From Poseidonia sp. (GTDB lineage Archaea > Thermoplasmatota > Poseidoniia > Poseidoniales > Poseidoniaceae): DNA of 64,000 bases. A model generated the notes under the pieces. It ran no database searches. It was not told the DNA's origin and saw only the letters and a program-made list of their open reading frames with translations. Positions within the stretch are counted from its first letter, which is position 1; each line of letters opens with the position of its first letter. The position numbers were made by a program, and so were the translations under genes. The stretch is from NCBI GenBank assembly GCA_965661285.1, contig CBFIDD010000001.1, positions 436,852-500,851 on the forward strand, read 5' to 3'. Positions 27,934-37,011 of this stretch are shown here, in pieces.

Positions 27934-28797
27934 ATGATAGCAATGGACGAACCACCCGCCACTTCCATGGTTTCGCTGACCGTTGACGGTTCCCGAGCGA
28001 ACCTCACCCTGACTCGCCCCCGCAAATTCAACGCCATGAACGTGGAGATGATCCAAGAACTCATCACGCTGCTCGAGTGGACCGCTCAACGCAGTGCTGG
28101 TCGCCTCGAGGCCCTTCACGACGCGGAAGGCCGACCGTACCTGCGCACGCTGGTGCTGAAGGGCGAAGGCAAGCATTTCTGCGCCGGAGCCGACATCAAC
28201 ATGATGCGGGATGCAGGCGCCAACACGCCAGAAGAGAACCGGGCGGACTCTGAGCGACTCGACCGGTTGTTCAACGGGTTGTGGGCCCACCCCTGCTTCA
28301 CCATCGGTGCGGTCCAAGGCGTGGCTTTGGGCGGAGGCGCCGGCCTCATCGCCTGTTGCGATTACGTGGTGGCCACCGGCAACATCCGCATCGCGCTGTC
28401 GGAAGGCAAACTCGGCATCCTCCCGGCCGTCATCGGCCCGTACGTCTACCGACGTCTCGGCTCAGCCACCTTCCGTCGCCTCTCCATGCAGGCCAGCCGA
28501 ATCAACGGCGAAGAAGCGCTTCGCGTGGGCTTCGTCGAGGCCCTCGTGGAAAGCAACGACGACCTTGAGGGCGCCGTGGAGCGCATGATTGCCGAAGTCA
28601 TGACCACCGGGCCGTCCGCCGTCACGTTGTCAAAGGAACTCACGCTTGGATTCGACCGCTGGACGGCATCTGATCTTGCCTTGCGCGAGTGGACGCTTGA
28701 TTTTACCAGTCGTATGCGAGGTTCAAAAGAAGGCCAAGAAGGCCTCTCCTCCTTCTTGGAAAAGCGACCGGCGAATTGGAAACCTCAAGACGAGTAG
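27934..28797 (+). CDS. liuC: Enoyl-CoA hydratase family (likely methylglutaconyl-CoA hydratase)
   Basis: FCAGADI, ALGGGAGL, SEGKLGILPAVI; operon context. Confidence 0.85.
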   Translation: MIAMDEPPATSMVSLTVDGSRANLTLTRPRKFNAMNVEMIQELITLLEWTAQRSAGRLEALHDAEGRPYLRTLVLKGEGKHFCAGADINMMRDAGANTPEENRADSERLDRLFNGLWAHPCFTIGAVQGVALGGGAGLIACCDYVVATGNIRIALSEGKLGILPAVIGPYVYRRLGSATFRRLSMQASRINGEEALRVGFVEALVESNDDLEGAVERMIAEVMTTGPSAVTLSKELTLGFDRWTASDLALREWTLDFTSRMRGSKEGQEGLSSFLEKRPANWKPQDE

Positions 28798-28803
28798 GGA
28801 GGG

Positions 28804-30312
28804 ATGAACATCAAGGTCCTCGTTGCAAACCGTGGAGAAATCGCTTGTCGAATTCTTCGCGCATGCAGGGAAGCAGGCCACCCCACCGTCGCCGTGTGCG
28901 CCCCCAACGATGAAGGGACCATGTTTACCGAAATGGCTGACGAGGTGGTGGTGCTCAACGGCGAAACCATCGGCGAGACATACCTCGATCAGGAACAGAT
29001 TATTCAAGCCGCTTCATCAACGGGAGCGACGGCGATTCACCCCGGATTTGGCTTTCTCTCCGAGCGGGCCGATTTTGCTCGAGCGGTCAAGGCTGCCGGG
29101 CTGGTATGGGTCGGCCCGTCTGCCGGAGCCATCGAAAAGATGGGCGACAAAATGACCGCCCGTCAAACGATGCGGGCCGCTGGCGTTCCCGTGATTCCCG
29201 GCGAAGAGGTCGAAGAAGAGGATGAGCAAGCCGCCATTGAAGCGCTGCGCCAAGCCTCGACAAGGGTCGGCTACCCGCTCCTGTTGAAAGCCTCCAGCGG
29301 TGGCGGCGGCAAGGGAATGCGAGCGGTTCACGACCCCGCTGATTTTGACCAGGCCGCTACGGGCGCTCGTCGCGAAGCCGTGGCCGCCTTCGGCGACGGG
29401 CGGATTTACATCGAACGCTTGCTATCGGGCTCAAAACACATTGAAATCCAAGTGCTCGCCGACGGCCACGGGCGTACGATTCATCTTGGCGAGCGTGAAT
29501 GCAGCGTGCAACGGCGCCACCAGAAAGTGTTCGAAGAAGCACCGGGACCCACCATGGACCCCGAACTGCGCGAGGCGATGGGACAGGCTGCCGTGGCAGC
29601 GGCTGAAGCGGTGGATTACGTCGGTGCGGGGACCGTCGAATTTCTTCTTGCGCCCTCCGGCGAGTTCTTTTTCCTCGAGATGAACACCCGAATCCAAGTT
29701 GAGCACCCGGTTACGGAACTGGTCACCGGCGTGGACATCGTACGAGAACAACTCCGCATTGCTGGCGGAGCGCCCATGTCCTGCGGACCGTTGATGCTTC
29801 GCGGACACGCAATTGAGGTTCGGCTGTACGCCGAGGACGCCGCCAACGGGTTCCTCCCCTCCATTGGCCCGCTCGCCTTGTTTCGACCGCCCGAGGGGCC
29901 CGGTATTCGACTTGACACCGGTGTTCGCGAAGGGGACGAGGTGACACCGAATTACGACCCGATGCTTGCGAAACTCATCGTTTGGGCCCCTTCACGGCCA
30001 GAAGCCTTGCAGAAAATGCGACGGGCACTGGATGAATTTGTCGTGCTTGGCACCACCACCAACATCGAGTTCCTTCGCGACCTCTGCGATGTTGGCCCAG
30101 TTGTCGACGGCTCAACCACCACGACCACCATCGACGACCTGTGGCCGGACGGATGGAATCCACCAACAGCACCGATGCTGGAAGAGGCCTCCCTGCTGGC
30201 GGCGGCCAGCGCGGAAACGCTCGGACTCCATCGCCGAATCGCTGCTGGCTCATCCGGCGAGAGCAACGAGCCGGCCAATCCGTTCACCACCATTCAGAGG
30301 AGGTTTCCCTGA
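28804..30312 (+). CDS. liuD: Biotin carboxylase subunit of an acyl-CoA carboxylase
   Basis: VLVANRGEIA, HPGFGFLSE, GGGGKGMR, ERECSVQRRHQK, EMNTRIQVEH, YDPMLAK. Confidence 0.9.
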   Translation: MNIKVLVANRGEIACRILRACREAGHPTVAVCAPNDEGTMFTEMADEVVVLNGETIGETYLDQEQIIQAASSTGATAIHPGFGFLSERADFARAVKAAGLVWVGPSAGAIEKMGDKMTARQTMRAAGVPVIPGEEVEEEDEQAAIEALRQASTRVGYPLLLKASSGGGGKGMRAVHDPADFDQAATGARREAVAAFGDGRIYIERLLSGSKHIEIQVLADGHGRTIHLGERECSVQRRHQKVFEEAPGPTMDPELREAMGQAAVAAAEAVDYVGAGTVEFLLAPSGEFFFLEMNTRIQVEHPVTELVTGVDIVREQLRIAGGAPMSCGPLMLRGHAIEVRLYAEDAANGFLPSIGPLALFRPPEGPGIRLDTGVREGDEVTPNYDPMLAKLIVWAPSRPEALQKMRRALDEFVVLGTTTNIEFLRDLCDVGPVVDGSTTTTTIDDLWPDGWNPPTAPMLEEASLLAAASAETLGLHRRIAAGSSGESNEPANPFTTIQRRFP

Positions 30313-30770
30313 TGCAACACACCTTCGCATCCAAAGAAGGGCCCTTGGAGGTGACGCTGGCTCGCAACGGCGAGGCGTTTGTGTTGGAGGGCCACGAGCT
30401 CACGGTCCACAACAGAGGCCGATTGCACGTTCGGTTGCGAGATGGACGGGTTTGTTTGGCGCACGTTGCCAAGGTGGGCGATGTTTGGTGGATCCACCTT
30501 GACGGGCGCACGTATCGCTGGGAGCGTATCGAGGCCGGCTCCTCGAGTGCTGAGGATGAAGGCGGACTGGTGGCGCCCATGCCCGGCAAAGTTCTCGAAG
30601 TCCTCGTCAACGAAGGCGATGCTGTTGAAGCAGGGACGCCCTTGATGGTGCTGGAGGCCATGAAAATGGAGCATCGCATCGTTGCTGCGTCCGAAGGAAC
30701 CGTCACCTCGGTTCATTTTGCTGCTGGCGACCAGGTCGCCCAAGGCGCTGTGTTGTTGGAATTGGATTAG
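30312..30770 (+). CDS. Biotin carboxyl carrier protein
   Basis: APMPGKV, EAMKMEH biotinylation motif; TGATG overlap with the upstream gene. Confidence 0.92.
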   Translation: MQHTFASKEGPLEVTLARNGEAFVLEGHELTVHNRGRLHVRLRDGRVCLAHVAKVGDVWWIHLDGRTYRWERIEAGSSSAEDEGGLVAPMPGKVLEVLVNEGDAVEAGTPLMVLEAMKMEHRIVAASEGTVTSVHFAAGDQVAQGAVLLELD

Positions 30771-30787
30771 ACACGCCATGCCTGCAT

Positions 30788-30824
30788 AATTTTCCAATTG
30801 GAAAATTGATTTTTCAATTCGTAA
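30788..30824. repeat. 20-bp perfect palindrome AATTTTCCAATTGGAAAATT (exact copy 3) with a degenerate partner 20 bp away
   Basis: 30788-30807 read directly; TTTTCAATTCGTAA at 30811-30824. Confidence 0.9.
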
Positions 30825-30933
30825 TTTTCATGCCGTATTTCCGAAGAAATGAACGCTCTTTCGCCTTCGAAAATTGGCTCTGCCGACCTACAAGAAAACG
30901 GACGGTTATAAAGCAAAAGAATGTGCAAAAATC

Positions 30934-33708
30934 ATGCGAAATCCTTTCATGATGCTCACAGACTGGAGCGTTGACCGACCAAAGCAAGCTTTCACAGCCG
31001 TGTTTCTCGTGATGGTGTTCCTGGCCTCCGGCGGGATGCACCTTCAATTTGACAACAGCGAGGACGGGTTCTTCCCCGACGACCCGAGCGTCGACCTGCT
31101 CGACGAGGTGGAAAGCGAGTACCGTGCGAACCTCGACTTTATTCGGGTGCTTGACGAAATCGAGGCCGAGGACTTGTTGCTGGCCGAGACGTGGCACCAG
31201 TTGGCCGCTATCGAGGCCATGATGCTCAACGATTCCAATTTCGAGCCGTACCACTACCCCTTGTTTGGCACACAAGCCAACAACGGGCCTGCGGGTCAGG
31301 CCATGCAGTGGATGGCCCTGCAAGACAAAACGACGGCCGGGCTGTGGCTGGATGATGTCCAGAGCGCTGCCCTTGAGGTGCTCACTGCCGATGATGACAA
31401 CTTGACCGGGGCGCTGGCCAACCTTTCGCTGGCAGCCTCGCACATCCCTCCCGTTGAGCCGGTCAGCCCCGATCGCTTGCTGGCATGGGACGCTGACGAG
31501 CCCGCAGCCTGGTTGGCCCGCATGGACAGCGGCGAAAACCTGAGCGGCGATTTGGGCCAACTCATGGCCCATCTTTCGAGCATGACAGTCAACAGAACTC
31601 CCGCGCAGGCGGGCCAGATATCGGCGGTCACCGGCCCACTCCAAGGCCAACTTGGCCCTCTGATGGGGCTGCAAGGTGTTGACTTCCGAGCCGCCATTCT
31701 CTCCTGCCTTCCCACCGAGGACGCCAACGACCCTTGGGTGTCGGACGGACCGGTGATGGTGACGCTGGTGGTCTCGAGCGAACCCTTGGACTACGGATAC
31801 GACGTTCTGGGAGATGTTCAAGCCGACCTGACGGCATGGGCGGAAGCCATGGAACTCGAGGTGGTTGCGGCAACCAACGACAGCGAGATTCGAACCTTCT
31901 CCTTCGCGCAGTTTGCGGAAAACTCCAGCGCCACGATTGGAAAGGAGATCGGCATGCTCACAAGCGCCGCCATGCTCTTGCTGGGCATCATCCTGTGGTT
32001 TAACTTCAGAAGCGTTCGAGAAACGGCCTACGTGCTCTTCCTCACGGTCATCGCCATCGCCGCCACCTACGGTCTGTCGGGTTGGTTGCAATTTGCCGGG
32101 GTGGACATGACCTTCAACGCCGCCATGAACTCCATTCCGGTGCTGCTGTTGGCCATCGGCGTGGATTACGGCCTGCACGTCGTTCTCCGCATTCGTGAAG
32201 AGCTCAGCGACGAAGAGCGCCGAGACCCCCAAGGACGGACCACGCTTCGGGACTTTGACAAGCAGGCCCGACAGCGTGCCATCCGTCAAGGGACCATCCT
32301 GACCTCCATCGCCTTGATGATCGCCATCACCACGGACATCGTCGGGTTCCTCTCCTTCCGCCTCTCCTCGCTGGCGTTCTTGCAGGTGTTTGGTACCGTG
32401 ATCGCCATCGGCCTGTTCCTCATCTATCTTCTCAGCATCTCGGCCTTACCCGCCCTCATGCTCATCCTGCCGACCAAGAAACTCCCGCTTGAGCGCGCCA
32501 GCAAGGTGACGGTTGGTCCGCTGTCGCAAAACATCGCCAAACTCTCCCAACGCCCCAAACTCGTTGCCGTCATTGCCCTCATTTTGCTCGCACCGATGGT
32601 GGCCGGTTTCCAACAACTCGAAGTGGCGTTTGAGCAACGAGATCAACTGGACGATTCGGTCCCGGTGGTGCAAGACTTCCTGCTCATCAGCGACGAGTTT
32701 GGTACCAGTCGTTCACCGCTCTATGTGGTGATCGACGGCGATGTCATCAGCGAAGCAGGACGAACGGCGTGGACGGCGGCCTTCACCACGATGTCGGCCA
32801 GGGACGACGTCAGCGGTGTGCCTACGGGCATTTGGGACGTGTACGAACAGGCACGGCTCCAAGACCCGGTCCTGGACGGGTTCTTGCTCGCCGCCGAAGC
32901 CGGCGACCAAACCGCCTACAACGACCTGCTGGCGTGGTCGTTGGACAACGAAACCGGCGTGGAAACCACGAAGAGTTTGCTCGCCAGGGATGGAACACAA
33001 ACACTGCTCTCCTTCCAAGCCGATACCTTGGACTGGGGCGCCACCGTTGATTTGGCTGAAAGCATTGAAGCCTCGCTGGAACAACTTTCAGCAGAGGCTG
33101 GCGACGGCTTTACCCTTCGTCTGAGCGGCCGAGCCCTCATCAACGCCCAAACCACGGCGGACGTGGCGTCAGCATCGGTGCAATCCACGGGCATCGTCGC
33201 CGTGGTCATCCTCTTCATGCTCGTGGGCATTCACACCGTGCGCAACGAGAACAACCTCAAGGAAGGGCTGCAGCGCGGCGTCGTCTCGTGGATACCCCTC
33301 ATGATGGTCGTGTTCTGGGTCTACGGCATCATGGGCTACACGGGCTACAACATCAACTCACAAACGGTCACCATCGGCGCACTTTCTTTGGGATTGGGCG
33401 TCGATTACGCCGTTCACTTCACCACACGACTGGAGGAAGAAGCCGAACACCAACCCCTGGCCCCACCGGTGGAATGGGTTGCCAAATCCACCGCCACAAC
33501 CGGACGCGCCATGGCAGGTGCTGCGTTGACCACGGCAGGCGGTTTTGCCGTGCTCAACCTCTCGGCGCTGCTCCCGCTTCGACTGTTTGGTCAAGCGTTC
33601 GTCGTCGCCATTTCGCTGGCCTTGCTGACAAGTCTGCTCATCCTGCCAGCCTTCTACACGCCGTTCCTCAAGCGCACAGCGCTCGCTGCAAAAGGTGAGG
33701 CGGAATGA
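30934..33708 (+). CDS. MMPL/RND-family transporter
   Basis: Two halves, each with a GVDY motif (AIGVDYGLH, LGVDYAVH), TTDIVGF/TTAGGF, large extracytoplasmic loops. Confidence 0.9.
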   Translation: MRNPFMMLTDWSVDRPKQAFTAVFLVMVFLASGGMHLQFDNSEDGFFPDDPSVDLLDEVESEYRANLDFIRVLDEIEAEDLLLAETWHQLAAIEAMMLNDSNFEPYHYPLFGTQANNGPAGQAMQWMALQDKTTAGLWLDDVQSAALEVLTADDDNLTGALANLSLAASHIPPVEPVSPDRLLAWDADEPAAWLARMDSGENLSGDLGQLMAHLSSMTVNRTPAQAGQISAVTGPLQGQLGPLMGLQGVDFRAAILSCLPTEDANDPWVSDGPVMVTLVVSSEPLDYGYDVLGDVQADLTAWAEAMELEVVAATNDSEIRTFSFAQFAENSSATIGKEIGMLTSAAMLLLGIILWFNFRSVRETAYVLFLTVIAIAATYGLSGWLQFAGVDMTFNAAMNSIPVLLLAIGVDYGLHVVLRIREELSDEERRDPQGRTTLRDFDKQARQRAIRQGTILTSIALMIAITTDIVGFLSFRLSSLAFLQVFGTVIAIGLFLIYLLSISALPALMLILPTKKLPLERASKVTVGPLSQNIAKLSQRPKLVAVIALILLAPMVAGFQQLEVAFEQRDQLDDSVPVVQDFLLISDEFGTSRSPLYVVIDGDVISEAGRTAWTAAFTTMSARDDVSGVPTGIWDVYEQARLQDPVLDGFLLAAEAGDQTAYNDLLAWSLDNETGVETTKSLLARDGTQTLLSFQADTLDWGATVDLAESIEASLEQLSAEAGDGFTLRLSGRALINAQTTADVASASVQSTGIVAVVILFMLVGIHTVRNENNLKEGLQRGVVSWIPLMMVVFWVYGIMGYTGYNINSQTVTIGALSLGLGVDYAVHFTTRLEEEAEHQPLAPPVEWVAKSTATTGRAMAGAALTTAGGFAVLNLSALLPLRLFGQAFVVAISLALLTSLLILPAFYTPFLKRTALAAKGEAE

Positions 33709-34247
33709 AGCGGAGAACGGTCTTTTGGTTCATCAACATCGTTGGACCGCTCATCCTTCTGTCCTACTGGAGGGGCGTGAATGCATTTGACGACCCGTCC
33801 GTGTACTGGGGCAATGTTCCCGAAGGCATGCAATCGTTCATCGTCCCGTGGATGTTTGTTGCGGCTGCGGGCTACCTGGTGATGTTCCACCGGTTTTTCT
33901 TCGCTTGGAGCGAAGACGAGGTCACTTCCTTGCACTGGCCGTGGAAGCAAAGCGATGGGAAAGGCATCCAACGCCTCTTTGTATTGTATGCGGCTTTTCT
34001 TCTGACGTCCTTGATTTGGATTGACTTGACGCGCATCTACATCGAGGGGCCGAGCATGCTCGTAGCCGTGACGATCGTGGCCGTGCTCTGGACCGCCGGC
34101 TTGGCTTCCGTTGGTTTTGGTGTGCTCGTCTGGCCTGCTCGCAAGCGACTGCATGGTGCGAACTACGCCATGGTTGGTTCGTTCATGCTCTCGATTCAAT
34201 GCATGTGGTGGGACGCCATCTATTGGGTCGTGAACTTCGGATTTTGA
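33705..34247 (+). CDS. Hypothetical Trp-rich membrane protein (about 5 TM)
   Basis: Hydrophobic segments; ATGA overlap with the MMPL stop. Confidence 0.7.
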   Translation: MKRRTVFWFINIVGPLILLSYWRGVNAFDDPSVYWGNVPEGMQSFIVPWMFVAAAGYLVMFHRFFFAWSEDEVTSLHWPWKQSDGKGIQRLFVLYAAFLLTSLIWIDLTRIYIEGPSMLVAVTIVAVLWTAGLASVGFGVLVWPARKRLHGANYAMVGSFMLSIQCMWWDAIYWVVNFGF

Positions 34248-34284
34248 ACAGGCGTTGATATACGGACCGGGAAGATTGAATACC

Positions 34285-34905
34285 ATGGCTCAAGCAAAGC
34301 GATTGGTTTCCGTGTTGGTGCTGCTGATGATGTTGGCAGGCTGTACGGCTGCTCCGGTTGAAAATGCCGTGGAAAACGAGGAAGATGCGGTGCTTTCACC
34401 GATTCCCGAACGCCTCTCCTTCACCGCACCCACCTTTGACCGAGAGGTCGACAACGGGTCTTCCCACGACCTGCGGCAATCCTTTGACGGTCCCGTGCTG
34501 ATGTTGTGGGTCGCGGCGGGCTGCAGTGGATGCCATGATTGGACCGACATGTTGAGGCAAGAACTGGAGGCTGGAAACATCTCCAACACCACGAACATCG
34601 TCTCCGTCCATCGCTATCCAGCCTTTGAGTCCATCAACGATGTACGAGAACGCTACACCACCAACAACACCTCCACCTCCACCCCTTGGCCGCTCTTGCT
34701 GCCCTCTGAATCAACCAACGTCATCGATGTGGATACCGGACGAATGACCGATGTGAACCTCTACCGCGCTTTTGAAAACCCCGTCACCCCCACCCTCCAG
34801 GTGCTTGACGGGGACGGTCGGCTCGTGTGGACGTCGAAAACATACTGGGCCAACGCCACGGTTTTGGAGGAAGCCTTGAACATCATGGAGACGGGTGGCC
34901 TGTGA
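34285..34905 (+). CDS. Thioredoxin-like lipoprotein (TlpA/redoxin-like)
   Basis: Lipobox MLAGC, WVAAGCSGC CxxC motif, TPT cis-Pro loop. Confidence 0.75.
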   Translation: MAQAKRLVSVLVLLMMLAGCTAAPVENAVENEEDAVLSPIPERLSFTAPTFDREVDNGSSHDLRQSFDGPVLMLWVAAGCSGCHDWTDMLRQELEAGNISNTTNIVSVHRYPAFESINDVRERYTTNNTSTSTPWPLLLPSESTNVIDVDTGRMTDVNLYRAFENPVTPTLQVLDGDGRLVWTSKTYWANATVLEEALNIMETGGL

Positions 34906-34906
34906 C

Positions 34907-35362
34907 ATGGTCGCCTTCATCGACATCCTGTTTTGGTTCTCCAGCATCTACATCTTCCCGTTCTGGCTGATGATGTGGTTTGCCCCCACCCACGAGCGAA
35001 CGGCTGCACTGATGCGAAACGAGTGGGTCTACCTCGCCCCGCTGGCAGCTGCGTACACGCTGGCGGTGCTTCCGAACCTCGTTGACATTCTGGTGCTGCT
35101 GGGAAGCGACATGCCCAGCCCCGACATCGTGGTGGAGATGTTCTCCGAGCGTGAGGTCATTTTGATCGGATGGCTTCACTACCTGGCGTTTGACCTCTTC
35201 GTTGGGCGTTGGACCTGGCAGCGCCTGGTGGCGACGGGCAAGCCGATCTATGTCTCCTTCCCGGTCTTGTTGCTCTCGATGTTCGTGGCGCCCCTCGGCG
35301 CCCTCATCGGCATGGTCGTCACCCGCGATTATCGTGAAGAGACCACGGCAAGGGAGGCTTGA
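34907..35362 (+). CDS. ABA4-like (DUF4281) membrane protein
   Basis: PFWLMMWFAP and GWLHYLAFDLFVGRW signature. Confidence 0.8.
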   Translation: MVAFIDILFWFSSIYIFPFWLMMWFAPTHERTAALMRNEWVYLAPLAAAYTLAVLPNLVDILVLLGSDMPSPDIVVEMFSEREVILIGWLHYLAFDLFVGRWTWQRLVATGKPIYVSFPVLLLSMFVAPLGALIGMVVTRDYREETTAREA

Positions 35363-35478
35363 GCAGTGGGTACCCTTTGCTCACCTCACAACCAATTGGA
35401 ACCCCTCGTGAGCAAGCATGAGCATCAAGGCCATAGGCCAAACAATGCATTAAATGCTCAAATTCCGGTTTTTCACTC

Positions 35479-35691
35479 ATGAAGAACGTCGGAGGACGTG
35501 AGCGGATGGCTCGTGCCGTGTTCGGCTCTGGCGTTGTCATCTTCGACTTCCTCGCCACGGTTCACATCGAAGTCGTCTTCCTCATCGTGGGCCTGTGGGG
35601 CGTCCTGACCTCCGCCTTCGGCTACTGCCCGTTCAACGGGTTGCTCAACCGAAACACGTGCCAAATCGACATCCAACCGGCTCAAGGCTGA
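35479..35691 (+). CDS. DUF2892/YgaP-like small membrane protein
   Basis: MKNVGGRERMAR...TSAFGYCPFNGLLNRNTC. Confidence 0.8.
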   Translation: MKNVGGRERMARAVFGSGVVIFDFLATVHIEVVFLIVGLWGVLTSAFGYCPFNGLLNRNTCQIDIQPAQG

Positions 35692-35706
35692 GGGCAAGGC
35701 GAGGCG

Positions 35707-37011
35707 TCAGCCCCAATTGCACGGTTCCAACACCGTTTGACCGCTCATGAACGGTTGAAGTGCCTCAGGAATCGCAACCCGTCCGTCCTCAAGTTGGTAC
35801 TGCTCCATGATGGCGACGAGCGCCCGAGAGGTCGCTACAGCGGTTGAGTTGAGGGTGTGGACGATGGGTTGGTTGGGATGACCGGGCTGGCCATAGCGAA
35901 TGCGCAAGCGGTTGGCTTGGTAGTCGGTGCAGTTGGAACAGGAAACGATTTCCTTGTACTGGTTGGCGCCGGGAATCCAGGCTTCCAAGTCGTATTTTTT
36001 AGCCGCAACCGTTCCCATATCGCCGGTGCAAATGTTGACGATTTCGTAGTGAACACCGAGGCTGTTCCACAAGTCAATGCAATTCTGGAGCAATTCTTCG
36101 TGAAGCGCCCAGGAGTCTTCGGGCTTGGCGATGATGATCTGCTCAATCTTGGTGAACTGGTGCACCCGCCAAATGCCGAGATCGCTCTGGCCGTGGCTGC
36201 CGACCTCGCGGCGGAAACACTGGGACACGCCGACCATGCGCAGCGGCATTTGCTCTTCGGGGATGGTTTCGTCCATGTACATCGCCGTGAGCGGGTGTTC
36301 TGAGGTGGCGATCATGTAGTACTTGTCGGGCTCAATCCCGTACATGACGGTCTCAAAATCGCCGAGGTCCGTGACGCCCTCGTACGCTTCCCGGTTCATC
36401 ATGACCGGCGGCTGAACAAAGGTGTAATCCCGCTGGCGAAGGAAGTCCACGGCGTACTGCTGGAGGGCGAATTCGAGTCGGGCAAGGTCGCCTTTGAGGA
36501 AATAGAAGCGGCTCCCGGTGATTTTGGCGGCACGCTTGAGGTCGACCCACTTGTTCATCTCGATGAGTTCGTTGTGCGTGCGCAGCTCAAAGGTAAATTC
36601 CGGCTTGGTGCCGTGAACGGCATGGGCTGTGTTACCGGATTCATCGTCGCCCACAGGGACATCTGCATGCAGGATGTTGGGGATGGACATGCGCAACCTG
36701 TCGCGCACCGCCATGGCTTCGTTGGTCTTGGCTTCCATCTCCGCAATCTTTTGTCCAAGGTCGGCGACCTGGGCCAAAATGGCCTCTGCGGCTTCATGGT
36801 CGCCCGCTTTCTTGGCGGCGCCTATGCCCCGAGCCGCCTCGTTTTTTGCACGACGAAGCTGGTCGGTTTCGTGGAGAAGATTGCGCCAGGCTTGGTCGAG
36901 ATCGATCACCTTCTCGATGTTGTCGTGGGGCAGGCCACGCTTCGTGTGGTCGGCGCGAATCGTATCGGCGTGTTCTCTAAACATGGTCATGTCAAGCATT
37001 TGGATCACCAC
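35707..37011 (-). CDS. serS: Serine--tRNA ligase (bacterial type)
   Basis: N-terminal coiled coil, IATSEHPL, CFRREVG, VHQFTKIE, EIVSCSNCTDYQ, HTLNSTA. Confidence 0.96.
   Translation of the reverse strand: MVIQMLDMTMFREHADTIRADHTKRGLPHDNIEKVIDLDQAWRNLLHETDQLRRAKNEAARGIGAAKKAGDHEAAEAILAQVADLGQKIAEMEAKTNEAMAVRDRLRMSIPNILHADVPVGDDESGNTAHAVHGTKPEFTFELRTHNELIEMNKWVDLKRAAKITGSRFYFLKGDLARLEFALQQYAVDFLRQRDYTFVQPPVMMNREAYEGVTDLGDFETVMYGIEPDKYYMIATSEHPLTAMYMDETIPEEQMPLRMVGVSQCFRREVGSHGQSDLGIWRVHQFTKIEQIIIAKPEDSWALHEELLQNCIDLWNSLGVHYEIVNICTGDMGTVAAKKYDLEAWIPGANQYKEIVSCSNCTDYQANRLRIRYGQPGHPNQPIVHTLNSTAVATSRALVAIMEQYQLEDGRVAIPEALQPFMSGQTVLEPCNWG

Noticed and set aside
26281-30770. Carboxylase operon as a carbon-fixation module
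   Set aside because: Motifs and the adjacent hydratase fit ordinary leucine/acyclic-terpene catabolism
35389-35402. Isolated CAATTG cores (9391, 35393, 35714, 46027, 47348, 62574) and a weak pair at 7298/7317
   Set aside because: Flanks are poor or there is no AT patch or partner site; compatible with chance
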